DNA from: Euprymna scolopes | Lineage: Eukaryota | Assembly (NCBI GenBank): GCA_053919585.1 | Contig: CM132796.1 | Reading direction: 5' to 3' (one strand) | DNA length: 64,000 bases | Shown: one piece after another, positions 11,701-24,184 of the stretch | Layout of the letters: each line of letters begins with the position of its first letter | Numbering within the stretch: position 1 is the stretch's first letter | Position numbers and translations under genes: made by a program | The notes under the pieces: generated by a model | What the model was told of the DNA's origin: nothing | Seen by the model: the letters and a program-made list of their open reading frames with translations, nothing else | Database searches by the model: none

Positions 11701-14700
11701 NNNNNNNNNNNNNNNNNNNNNNNNNNNNNNNNNNNNNNNNNNNNNNNNNNNNNNNNNNNNNNNNNNNNNNNNNNNNNNNNNNNNNNNNNNNNNNNNNNNN
11801 NNNNNNNNNNNNNNNNNNNNNNNNNNNNNNNNNNNNNNNNNNNNNNNNNTGATAGGCTGATCACTCTTCCATCACTTTCCACAAGATTCTTTCAGTTCCC
11901 AACAAGACGGTCTTTTGAACTTCTCTAACATTGCAATGGATCCCATATTTCTCAATCCACTGGTCAAATCTTTTTGTTACACTCCTTAGTAAAACTTCTG
12001 CCTTCTTCAACTTCCGCAATATTTTTTATCTCCCTTTTCACATTTTCATACTTTTCAACCCTCACTCTTTTCTTTTCCCCCTCCATATTCACGTCAACTG
12101 GCACTGTTATATCAACGATTATTGTCTCGTGTTCCTTCTCTTTCCCAACAAGACTCAATCTGGTCACATCGCTTCAATCATATTATCACATTGGAGATTC
12201 ATATCCCGCAATAATTTCATATAACTCTCCACTACCCCTTCTGGGATATGCGTGTACCATTTTTCACCGCATTAAAACTCTTTTTTCTTGCAAATATCCC
12301 AATTGACCTTTTTCGCAAATATTGCCAAGCCGTCTCTTGTATTTCTTTTGAGTTAACTTATCCCAACTACTGACGAGGAATTTTACATTCTTACCTTTCT
12401 GTAAACACAATATTTTTATTATTAATGTACTTATCCGACGTCCGATGTCACAAAAAAAACGCATAATTATCGCAAATATTAATTAATTAGAAACGAATTA
12501 CCTCCCTTTATAGTTACTCTTAATCAGTTTAAAATTATTATAACCATTTCCCCTTCAAAAATTTCCAAAACAAATAAAATAATACACGGCTGCCTGTTTA
12601 CGTTTTCAAATTGGCTATTTTATTTAATAATTAAATAAGTCATGTAAAGAGGAGATTGTACGTTATGTTTATTATAGATTCTGTTTTAAATTAAAAGAAA
12701 TAATGTGCGAGTGAATTCACATATGTTTCTTTATAATTTATATTAAAAATTATTTAGGAAAAAGCCCCAATGTGCTGTGTGTTGAATATTCATTGAAATA
12801 AATGTAACTTTTTAAAATTAATTCTTTTAGCTTTAAAAGTTAAAAAATGTGTTAAATTCGTCGTTATTTGTTTTATTTTATTTGTTTATTCATTTTATTT
12901 ACAATGTTTTTTTTTAATTTGCAACCACCATGGAATNNNNNNNNNNNNNNNNNNNNNNNNNNNNNNNNNNNNNNNNNNNNNNNNNNNNNNNNNNNNNNNN
13001 NNNNNNNNNNNNNNNNNNNNNNNNNNNNNNNNNNNNNNNNNNNNNNNNNNNNNNNNNNNNNNNNNNNNNNNNATCATTTCAACAACTGTTCGCATCTTGA
13101 GTGCTATTCTTACGTTTCTGCCGATGTAACCACTAACCTCCTTTGAGAGTATATGGTCAAACTCCGGCTTTCTCTATCAAACTCGAGAATATGCACGGAA
13201 TTTCGAACGATACCCTGTGTAGCATGCTCTTGTTCCGTCATCTATGACTTGGAAGATTTCTTAAGTAGTTCATAATAAAAAAAAAATACTAGAGATACAA
13301 CGGCCGAAACGTTGTGAGGATAATACTCAGGATAAAACAGCAAAGCATATACTAGCAAAAGTTTTATTTCTCTATACTGAAATTTCTCACTCACGTATCC
13401 ATTCCACATACTGGCTTGTACAAAACGGCCATACTTTAAAGCAGGAAAATCAGATAAAATATTTTCGAAGGGAAAATTTATTAAAATGTATTACAATCTG
13501 TTGGAAAATTTATTAAAATGTATTGCAATCTGTTGGAAAGTTTATTAAAATGTATTACAATCTGTTGGAAAGTTTATTAAAATGTATTACAATCTGTTGG
13601 AAAATTTATTAAAATGTATTACAATTTGTTGGAAAATTTATTAAAATGTATTACAATCTGTTGGAAAATTTATTAAAATGTATTACAATCTGTTGGAAAA
13701 TTTATTAAAATGTATTACAATCTGTTGGAAAATTTATTAAAATTTATTACAATCTGTTGGAAAATTTATTAAAATGTATTACAATTTGTTGGAATATTTA
13801 TTAAAATGTATTACAATCTGTTGGAAAATTTATTAAAATGTATTACAATTTGTTGGAAAATTTATTAAAATGTATTACAATCTGTTGGAAAATTTATTAA
13901 AATGTATTACAATCTGTTGGAAAATTTATTAAAATGTATTACAATCTGTTGGAAAATTTATTAAAATTTATTACAATCTGTTGGAAAATTTATTAAAATG
14001 TATTACAATCTGTTGGAAAATTCATTAAATGAAACTTAAATATCAAATAAAATGGAATTTTACTTAATTACTGAAAACTCGCGAACTATTTACTCGAGAA
14101 ACTTTTTCTTTACGCCAATTATTTTTAGTGTGCAATCGTTTACATTATTTTCAAATCATGTCATTTTGTTTGTGAGAATTTGATACAAGAAAAACAGTGC
14201 AGTGATGTTGGCCCACGGCTATTAAATTGGAATAAGAGCGTATGACCGAAAAAAACTATAGTATTTTCCTATGTTTCAGGTGACATTCAGAAACCCACTT
14301 AATCTTAGTTTAAAGTTAGAGTGCGAGAAAAATTCTATTTTTGGATCTAAGGGGGGTGAATATTGTGATTGTACTTTTCGGCAACAGCAGGTCACTGATA
14401 AAACAACCTAAAAATGAAAAAGACTATGATAAAAAGTGAAAAAGGATATTGTAACAGAGCCCGGACACGCGTATGGCAGCTATATGCAAATGCCCGAGCC
14501 GTGTGTAAGATGACGTTACGGCAAGGAAAAAGGAAAAAAAGATTATAAAAAGAGTGTGATCTCAGAGGATGTTCGAAAAGACAGAGGTCAGAGAAAGGAA
14601 GGATGACGGTAGAGATGGACACAGGATCACGCTAAAAAGGAGGAAATTCTGTTTTTTAACTGAACTAAAAGGGGGTCGAGTTTTCCATTGTCGTTGTTTC

Positions 14701-17700
14701 TTGCGACAGTATCTACATGTGAACACGTTTGTAAACTGTATAAGGTTACAATATAAGAACATACTGGTTCAAGCCTTTCACTTTTTGTATCTCCTTTCCT
14801 TTTTAGTTGCAATTTGATGCTTTACCCAGTCCCGTAGAAATCGATACAAGAATTGACACGGACATGGCAATCGATGACGTAAAGTTATTTAACTGTGAAC
14901 CGAAGTCTGGATCAGGTAAGTCACTTGGGGTTCATTTTTGTTTCAAACTCGAAATTCGATTGGCTGGTTTTCTTTACCAAGCGTTTCCCTTTATCCAATA
15001 TCTTATCTGGTCATTTTGATACAAAGGCTTAACTTTCTTACTTATTGATTCACTAAAAAATATACCCGAGCTTTGTGTGAGAATTTGTTGTATGTTCGGG
15101 TACCCGGGCGTACAGCAAAGTCCAAACCTTAATATTTGACTTTGACCTTGAAAAATAGTGTGCACCATCCCTGGATCAGAGACCATCATCATGTCAGGTG
15201 TTGTCATTATCGGTTCAGTTGTGTGGGCTGTAGAAGAGTATATATACATATCCTATGACCTTGACCTTTGAATTTGACCTTGAAAAATTGTGTGCACTAT
15301 GCCTAGATGGGGGACTATCATCATGCCAGGTTTGGTCATGATTAGTCCAGTGGTTTGGGTTCTAGGATAGTTGCACACACACACACACACATACACACAC
15401 ACAGACAAACGCTACTACTTTATATGCACTAATGATGAAAATATCTGTTTGGATAAGGTGTTTGGTGGATTCCACTGCATATCAGCTTTTATTAGGTCAC
15501 CAGAAACCAAAATAAGCATACATTTGAATACAAGTGGGTTTTACATTAATTTGTATTGTGGGCGCATATTTTGTATAAAGTTTTTGAATTTGATCCTCAC
15601 GGCCGAATGTTTCTTTTTGCTTTTTTTGTTGTTGTTTGTTCATGGTAAATCGCTCTAAACAAGGCATGAACACATTTGATGTATGCAAACATGGAGAAGA
15701 AAATATACTACTTCGAAGTCAAAACGGTATCAGATAGATTCCGACGCAAATAAAAAAAAAACAACAGAGACAAAAATGTGCGTGCTGACCCTATGCTTGC
15801 CGGCTGAGAAAAAGAATGAGTTCTGGCGAATTGCACTTTTGTGACCTTCCCCCGTATCCTTGCGCGGTCGTCGCCTTCTCTCCTATCCCTCTCGGCTATG
15901 GGGACAGTGACAACGCAATGGCGCTTACGACATATAGCGACACAAGCAGCTCATCAGTGATTCTATAATCAGCTGTTATACATGAGTACTAAGAAATGTC
16001 AGTAGTTAATAGAATTAAAGTAACAAGCAAATGCTAATCTTCATGTTGTACTGCATTCGAAAATATTTCATATTTGATTACTAAACATTCGATTTTATAT
16101 TTCTGAAACGTTTAGATGAATATTGATATTGTGTATTATTTGGGTTAATCGAACTGCTGTTCTCATTTCAAGCGTGGTCTTAGATATGACCTTAAACTAT
16201 ATGCAGTGGTGAGGCCCCAGCTTGTTGGCTTTGGGGAGTGTGGAACCACCTTTTAATTGCCTTTGCTCCCAGGTCCACTCTGACCCGGACTAGTAGTACC
16301 TGTTAGGGTCCCAACTATGGGTTAAATAGAAACCGACTTGAAAACAACAAATATATTCTATTAAAAATATTTTTTCTTGAAAATCTTTTGATTCGGCATT
16401 AAATAACCTGAAAAGGGTTGATATGCCGCAAAACAAAAACAACCAACCAACCATTTCAAGTGTTATTCGCATAACGTTTCAGCCGCTGAAACCTCCAAAC
16501 TTCTGCAGGTGTGTCTTGCATGGCTCGAGAATATGCGTTGTTGTTAAACGCACAAGGACTTGTGACGTAAGAATTAGGTAAAATTCAATGGTAAATTACA
16601 TATTTCTAGTTGTTGAAGGTTCAATTCTCTTCGGTCGATAATCGGAATACAAATGCGAATTATTTAAGACTTGTACCCGTTTGTATTTGACGAAACGAGA
16701 ATATGCTAACCGGGTGGATTTAATAAAGAATTCCATTCGAAATACTGTACAGATTCCCGAGTTCGACAAAAAAAGATTTCGGAGTTCGGAAAGATACACA
16801 TGAATAAAGTTGGAGGTTACACTGGCCGAAACGTTGTACGAATATTACTCAAACTAAGAATAGAACGACTCAATTTGAAACATTTCCTTCTTTCTTTATG
16901 CATTCATTTTGCACTCTTTAGAGTCAAAGTGTATCAATTAATGAGTCTGGGTTTCACAAATCAATATTGGTTCTGTTTCTAATACGACACAAGTACAGGC
17001 ATGTAAGCACACAAATAGATCAATACATATACACCTTGTGTATCATTATTTTCTATTCATATTTGCTCTATTTCTTATGCAGTTACTTCAGCACGGTCCG
17101 TAATCAGCACAAGAGTTACAAAACCATTATCCAAAACGACTCCAGCGGTTGAAGTGACAACAAAGCGAAACATTCGTCATGTGTGTGGAAACGATAGTTT
17201 CTCCTGCCAGTCAGACAGCAATCTTTGTTTTCCGTTGGCTTTCCTGTGCGACGGTCATTCCGACTGCCCTAACAATTACGACGAAGTCGATTGCTGTAAG
17301 TATAATTGTTACAAATAGAATATCTCTCATTTACTTTTTCGCATATAAATTTATCATGCATATTGGGAAGCGCTTATCTTAATCAATAAGCCCGTTTCGT
17401 TAGAAACACAAGAATGGACATAAAATCAAATATGAAATGGCTACAGTATCAAGGAATATTAAAGATTTTACCAAACTTAAAGCACTTATTAAAAATAAAT
17501 TGAGATGAATCTAGAAAATATATAACGATGTGTTTCAATGTAGACCTATTTTAGAGACCTTAAAAACAATTTTAACCGGCTAAAGACCCATAAAAGCACG
17601 GTATGTAAAAAGGCCAATCATTTGAGGCTCCTAGCGCCGACCTGCGGCTTTTAGTGTCGGAGGAGATAGAGTTTGAAAATATGGAGACGGACAGACAAAC

Positions 17701-20700
17701 ATATAACCGTTTATATATGTTAGATAATTAATATTTTTAAAAATTGTTATTTTTCTATATTTATTTAATACTGTAGCAGAACAAAAAAATATTATCTTCC
17801 TTATTGCCATTATAAATTTCGTCAAGCTAATAAAACAAATGTTTGCCTTTTGAATTATTATCTATAATATAAATCTCACCTGTCTGTTTAAATGTATGTA
17901 TGTATGTATTTATGTATGTATGTATGTGTGTATGTATGTATGTATGTATGTATGTATGGATGTATGTATGTATGTCTTGCAAAAACTTTCGACAGAGGCG
18001 GCGGATTTTCACGAGATTCATATCAATTTGAAGCTCGACCCTTCGGACGACAAAATCGAAAACTTGGCCAAAAACATTAATTACTTCACCCTCAACTGGG
18101 CACTTTCTACTGTGAGGGGTGGCTTTTATCGCCGATATTCTCGAAAGTCATCGTCTCTTTTCGATTGTCTAGCCTTAATTTAAACCTATGTCATTCTGGG
18201 TTAGAGATGGGCGCAACAGCTAACACATCACATTTTTTTCACTTATTTTTCCTTCCTTGCGGTACAGGTTTGATCCTATCTGCCTACTACCCCTCAACAA
18301 ACACCCTTACACCCACTCCCACTTTCTTTTCCGTCTTCGCGTCACAGGTTCGAGCCTACCTGCCGACAACAATTTATTTATTTATTTATTTATTTATTTG
18401 CTCCAAACACACCAGCAACGCCGGGAACCCAGGCTAGTTATAACAAAGTTTACTGTTTTAGATGACGTTATGATATAATCTGATTTTGAAAAAGAAATCA
18501 TTTTAAAATATAGATAGATTTTTTCTTAAATGACATCCGATTAATCACCAAACAGCATCTCGGACACTTTTTAAATGTTTCTCAAACGTAATAACGTTAT
18601 GTACGGACACGAATTGATATAGATATTGTTAATGTTTAGTTCAGATTTGATTTGTTATATGCAAACGTTTTCTTTTGTTGTGATTGTTGTTTGGTCAAAA
18701 TTGTAGTTGTTTTTACGTTGTTGTTTATTTGTGTTTTGAGGGAGATTTGAAAATTTATTCGAAAGATTTTAAACATTTCATGTTCTATTGTATGGCGTAA
18801 ACATAAACACTGCTTTGAAACAGTTCTAAATTAAATAATGCCACTGTGTATACTCCTTCTTTGGAACATACTTTGAAAATTATGTATATCTTATCCATAT
18901 CAAGGCAATACGAATGAAAATGTACCCTAAACAGCAAGTGTAAACTTAAAACTAATATAAATATTAATATTTATATAATAATCCCACCCAAATAAAAAAA
19001 AGTTCAGCAAAACCACAATAGGTAGTAGAGATTGTCATAAAGAAATCAAGATTGTAAATTAAAATTTAGAAGGAAATTGTTTTGTTCGTTAGAATACTTC
19101 AAAAACAATTTTCAGGAAATCCTTATTCCGCGGAGTTTCAAAAAATATTTTTCTCTTCAGAGGAAAGAAAGATATAAGCAAATTATTATTATAGGCGAGC
19201 TCCGATTTTGCTGGTTAAGGTATTAAATAAAATGCAAAAAAAGGAAAATATTTATACTGAAATTTTGAAATATTTTCGGATTACAGCTTGTATAATACTG
19301 TAAAATAAAATTCTATATAAATATTAGTATCAGTGTTTATAAGACAATGGATTAAGGGTATCGAATAATAAATGCTGTGTAATATTTTAAATTAACTCTT
19401 AATTGCTCATGAATAAATTATAAATCACTGTATTTTGAGTAAAGTTAAAGATCCAACAGATATTGGTAAACTTTTTGTTTAAACACTTTTTTGAAGTATT
19501 AAAATACACTTTTGGTTTAAACAATTTTTGGATTATTAAAATACAGTATATTAAAATGAATTATAAATAGTGTATGCAAAAATATGATATAAGATAAAAA
19601 CATAACGCTTATCTTACAATAATTAATGTTAAAAAATACATAACTTGTCTTATTAGTAGGGCTATGACAAGATAATATACTTATCGTTATTTTGAATCTC
19701 GAGTATATATCCGACACGGTTAATCAATGAAGAACCACATCACTCTATCTAAAATATATAAGATATTATCTGATATATACTCGCAAATCAAAATAATGAA
19801 AAGAATATTCTCTTGTCATAGCCCTACTTATGACTATGGATCAAATTCATTATGATCCGGATATATTTGAATTTTCAAATGAGAGGCTATGCACATATCA
19901 TGTTCCTTAAAACAAAAAAAAACTTAAAATAATTCAAATAAACTTTGCCATTTTGGCGAATATTTATTAATATATTTATTAGTATAGTCACAATAATGAA
20001 AATAGTATTCTGCCATAGCCCTACTTATAAGTTTTTAATGTGCCGATTCGGCCGTTCATTGTGGATTTGATTTTCAGTATTTACTGACACATTGTTCGGT
20101 TATTATGACGTAATATTCGTTCCATATATTTATTAATTCTTTTATTTAAATAATAAAAAAAATATCATAGATATTATTCATAATTCCTACTAAAGTTTTA
20201 TTTTTATTGCTACTGTTTTTTTTTTTAATCAAATACATCGGTAAATTTGGATAGATCTATTAATATATACGCCATTTTTTGTTTCAGTAATTTGTCCTAT
20301 TGGTGAAATTTATTGCCCATCCGCTCTTGGTTGCATCGACGCTCGTCGTTGTGATGGCAATGCAGAGTGCCCAGATGGTTCGGACGAAACTGCCTGCGGT
20401 AGGATTATTTCTTCATTAATATATTATGATCTAAACTTAACTAATTTGTCGGTTCAGTTGATTTTAATGAATACCTTACAAGAATTGTATGACGTTACAC
20501 TATATTCAGTAAACAAATTATTGCTTCCGCCATAACTGTGTTTTTTATTCGGCTGGTAACTATCATTGATTGTTTGTTTAAGTGTGGAAAAACCTAGCTT
20601 TTTTCAATTACAACAAAACTTGGTCGAAATATCCGTTTAATTCTAACTTAGAATTAAAAAACTGCTTTGCAATTCTNNNNNNNNNNNNNNNNNNNNNNNN

Positions 20701-20942
20701 NNNNNNNNNNNNNNNNNNNNNNNNNNNNNNNNNNNNNNNNNNNNNNNNNNNNNNNNNNNNNNNNNNNNNNNNNNNNNNNNNNNNNNNNNNNNNNNNNNNN
20801 NNNNNNNNNNNNNNNNNNNNNNNNNNNNAGTCTAAAGAGTGTATTTTAATTTAATAGACAATTACTAGTTTAATTAAAATACAGGGAAAGAAAAAGTGAT
20901 CGTTGTAATTTATCAATCACATTACTAAACACACACACACAC

Positions 20943-21022
<80 letters not shown>

Positions 21023-21630
21023 GAAAAATTAAGTCACAAAAACGATATATTAGTGTATATAGAATGATTTATTTATTTAATGAGGATACACATATATTTA
21101 GTTGGGGGATAATGTTGGTATAAAAGTCCCCTTTATACCTAAACCAAATGTATGTATACCCTTATTAAATAAATGCATCATTCTATATAAACCAATATAC
21201 AGTTTTTGTGACTTCATTTTCCACTTTTATTATCTCCTGTATTAGCTCCAAAGAAATTTACCGAGCTTTGTATTACCCCGATAAATCTCCTCTTATAGAA
21301 TTGAATTGATTCGCNNNNNNNNNNNNNNNNNNNNNNNNNNNNNNNNNNNNNNNNNNNNNNNNNNNNNNNNNNNNNNNNNNNNNNNNNNNNNNNNNNNNNN
21401 NNNNNNNNNNNNNNNNNNNNNNNNNNNNNNNNNNNNNNNNNNNNNNNNNNNNNNNNNNNNNNNNNNNNNNNNNNNNNNNNNNNNNNNNNNNNNNNNNNNN
21501 NNNNNNNNNNNNNNNNNNNNNNNNNNNNNNNNNNNNNNNNNNNNNNNNNNNNNNNNNNNNNNNNNNNNNNNNNNNNNNNNNNNNNNAATTACAAAAGTTT
21601 GTGTAAACAAATCGAGTACTGTATGTGGAT

Positions 21631-21669
<39 letters not shown>

Positions 21670-24102
21670 TATATACATATATATATATATATTGAGTAAG
21701 ATGATTGATAAGTTAAAATTAAAATTAAAAATCTGTTTCATAAGGAAGAACAAAGAGAATCCATAAATTGTACGATCGTTTTAATATAGTATATTTGTTT
21801 TTTAAGTCGTATTCTATTTAACCAATAGTTGGGACCCTAACAGGTACTACCACTCCGGCTCAAAGTGGACCTGGGAGCAATGGCAATTAAAGGGTGGCTC
21901 CACACTCCCTAAGGCCTGCAAGCTGGGGCCTCACCATCGGATATAGTTTAAGGTCATATTTAGGACATGTACGATTCCGAGACAAGATACAGCAGCATGT
22001 ACAAAGATATACTGACTGAACTTAAAACAAATTTCCTATGGAACTTAATAAGATACATCTGCCTTACTTAAAAACAAATGTTAGGTTTATTTCTGGTGTC
22101 TTTAAAAAAAAACCCACTCAATATTTTTGCTGATGAAGAGACTTTGTTTCAAAAAACTATATCATAAAATTATTGTCCAAGACAAGTCTATCACAATAAA
22201 AACATCGTTTCCGAAACGATCGTACAATTTATTGATTATGTTTGTTCTTCCTTATGAAACCGATTTTTAATTTTTAATTTTAATTATAAACTATCAATCA
22301 TCTTACGTAATATTAAAATTGTTCTAGGACATATATGCGTATCGAGCTTATTATATATCTACATTACAACGAGCACTGTTTTCTTTTGTTTTAATCGTAT
22401 TAATGAATTTACTAATACATTAAAATATACTCTGCTCTTTAGACTCTTGTTCTAATCCCCTAGATATGTACAGTGATGATCATATTTATTGGCACGGTAA
22501 AATAAAAGTTACATTTTGTCTAATAAATTCTAAAAATGGGATTAAATTAAAGAAAATAACAAAGTATATTATGTATTTTTAACTGGCCTTTCCGATGCAA
22601 CAATCGGATTTTAGAAAAAATAAATAACAAAGGAACAACAAACATAATTGCAAAAACCCCTTGTTCAAAATTATTGGCACGATTTATTTAATAATCAATT
22701 GTATAGCCTTTGGCCTTGATTACCTTCCTCAGTCGCTTTTCATAGTTTACAACCAAGTTGTTGCACTATTCAGTAGTAATTTTAGCCCACTCTTCCTGAC
22801 AATAATCCTCCAATTGAATAAGATTCTTAGGCTTCCTTTGCATTACTCTCAATTTTAATGTTCTCCATAATTTTCAATTGGATTAAGGTCTGGGCTTTGT
22901 GATGGCCACTCCAAAACATTAATATGATTGTCCTCAAGCCATTTCTTAGTCAGTTTAGCCGAATGCTTTGGGTCATTATCTTGCATGAACCACCAACGAC
23001 GACCAAGTGAGAGCTCTTTAGCAGAGTCTTTCAGGTTTTCATCCAATATTTTAACATAATCTTCCTTTTTTATGTTACCTGTGACCTTAACAAGTCGCCC
23101 TGGTCCAGAGGCAGCAAAGGATCCCCAAAACATCAAACTGCCTCCACCGTGCTTCACTGTGGGTATGGTGTTCTTAGGCAGGAAAGCTTCGCCAGATTTT
23201 CTGTAAATATAAGACACTTTATTATGGCCAAATAACTCTATTTTCGTTTCGTCAGTCCATAGAACACGTTTCCAGAATGCAACATCTTTATCAATATGAC
23301 GTTTTGCAAAGGCTAGCCTTGCTTTCAGGTGCATAGGCTTCAATAAGGGAGTCTTTCTCGGACGACATGCTTTTAAACCAGCTCTCTTCAAAACTCTACC
23401 AACTGTATGTCGAGATACATTCACTCCAGAGGTGCTCTGTTCATCAACAATCTCCCCAACAGAGATCCTTGGGTTTGGTTTTACTTGTCGAACAATTTTC
23501 CGTTCATCTCTTGGGGAAAGAATCCTTTTTCTCCCTCTACCCTCTAAACTCATAACGTGGCCTTGCGATTTGAACTTGTTTATTATGGCTCTAACAGTGG
23601 ATTTGGGAAGGTTTAGCTTCTTTGAAATCTTATCATAGCCCTCCCCATTGGTATGGCATGCTACAACAAGCTTCCTGACGTCTTCGCTGTGTTCCTTAGT
23701 TTTAACCATGGCGATTGAAAATTATAATTTAGTCACTTATAATAGTTTAAATAAATCGCTATCTAAAAATTATCTGAAAAAAATTATTCACTGAATTAGC
23801 GTTAAACAAGCATAATATGGCTATAAAAAAGTTCAGAAAGCACGTAAACCGGAAATTGATTGATATTATACTGATACTAAAAGAAAAACAAAGCCGTGCC
23901 AATAATTTTGAACAAGGGTGTTTTGCAATTATGTTTGTTGTTCCTTTGTTATTTATTTTTTCTAAAATCCGATTGCTGCATCGGAAAGGCCAGTTAAAAA
24001 TACATAATATACTTTGTTATTTTCTTTAATTTAATCCCATTTTTAGAATTTATTAGACAAAATGTAACTTTTATTTTACCGTGCCAATAAATATGATCAT
24101 CA

Positions 24103-24184
<82 letters not shown>

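Noticed and set aside
13471-14028. CRISPR-like array (32-bp repeats)
   Set aside because: Units are contiguous with no unique spacers, there are no cas genes, and it lies in a eukaryotic intron.
15680-15945. Additional solo LTR
   Set aside because: GC-richer island, but I could not find matching TG...CA ends with a TSD.
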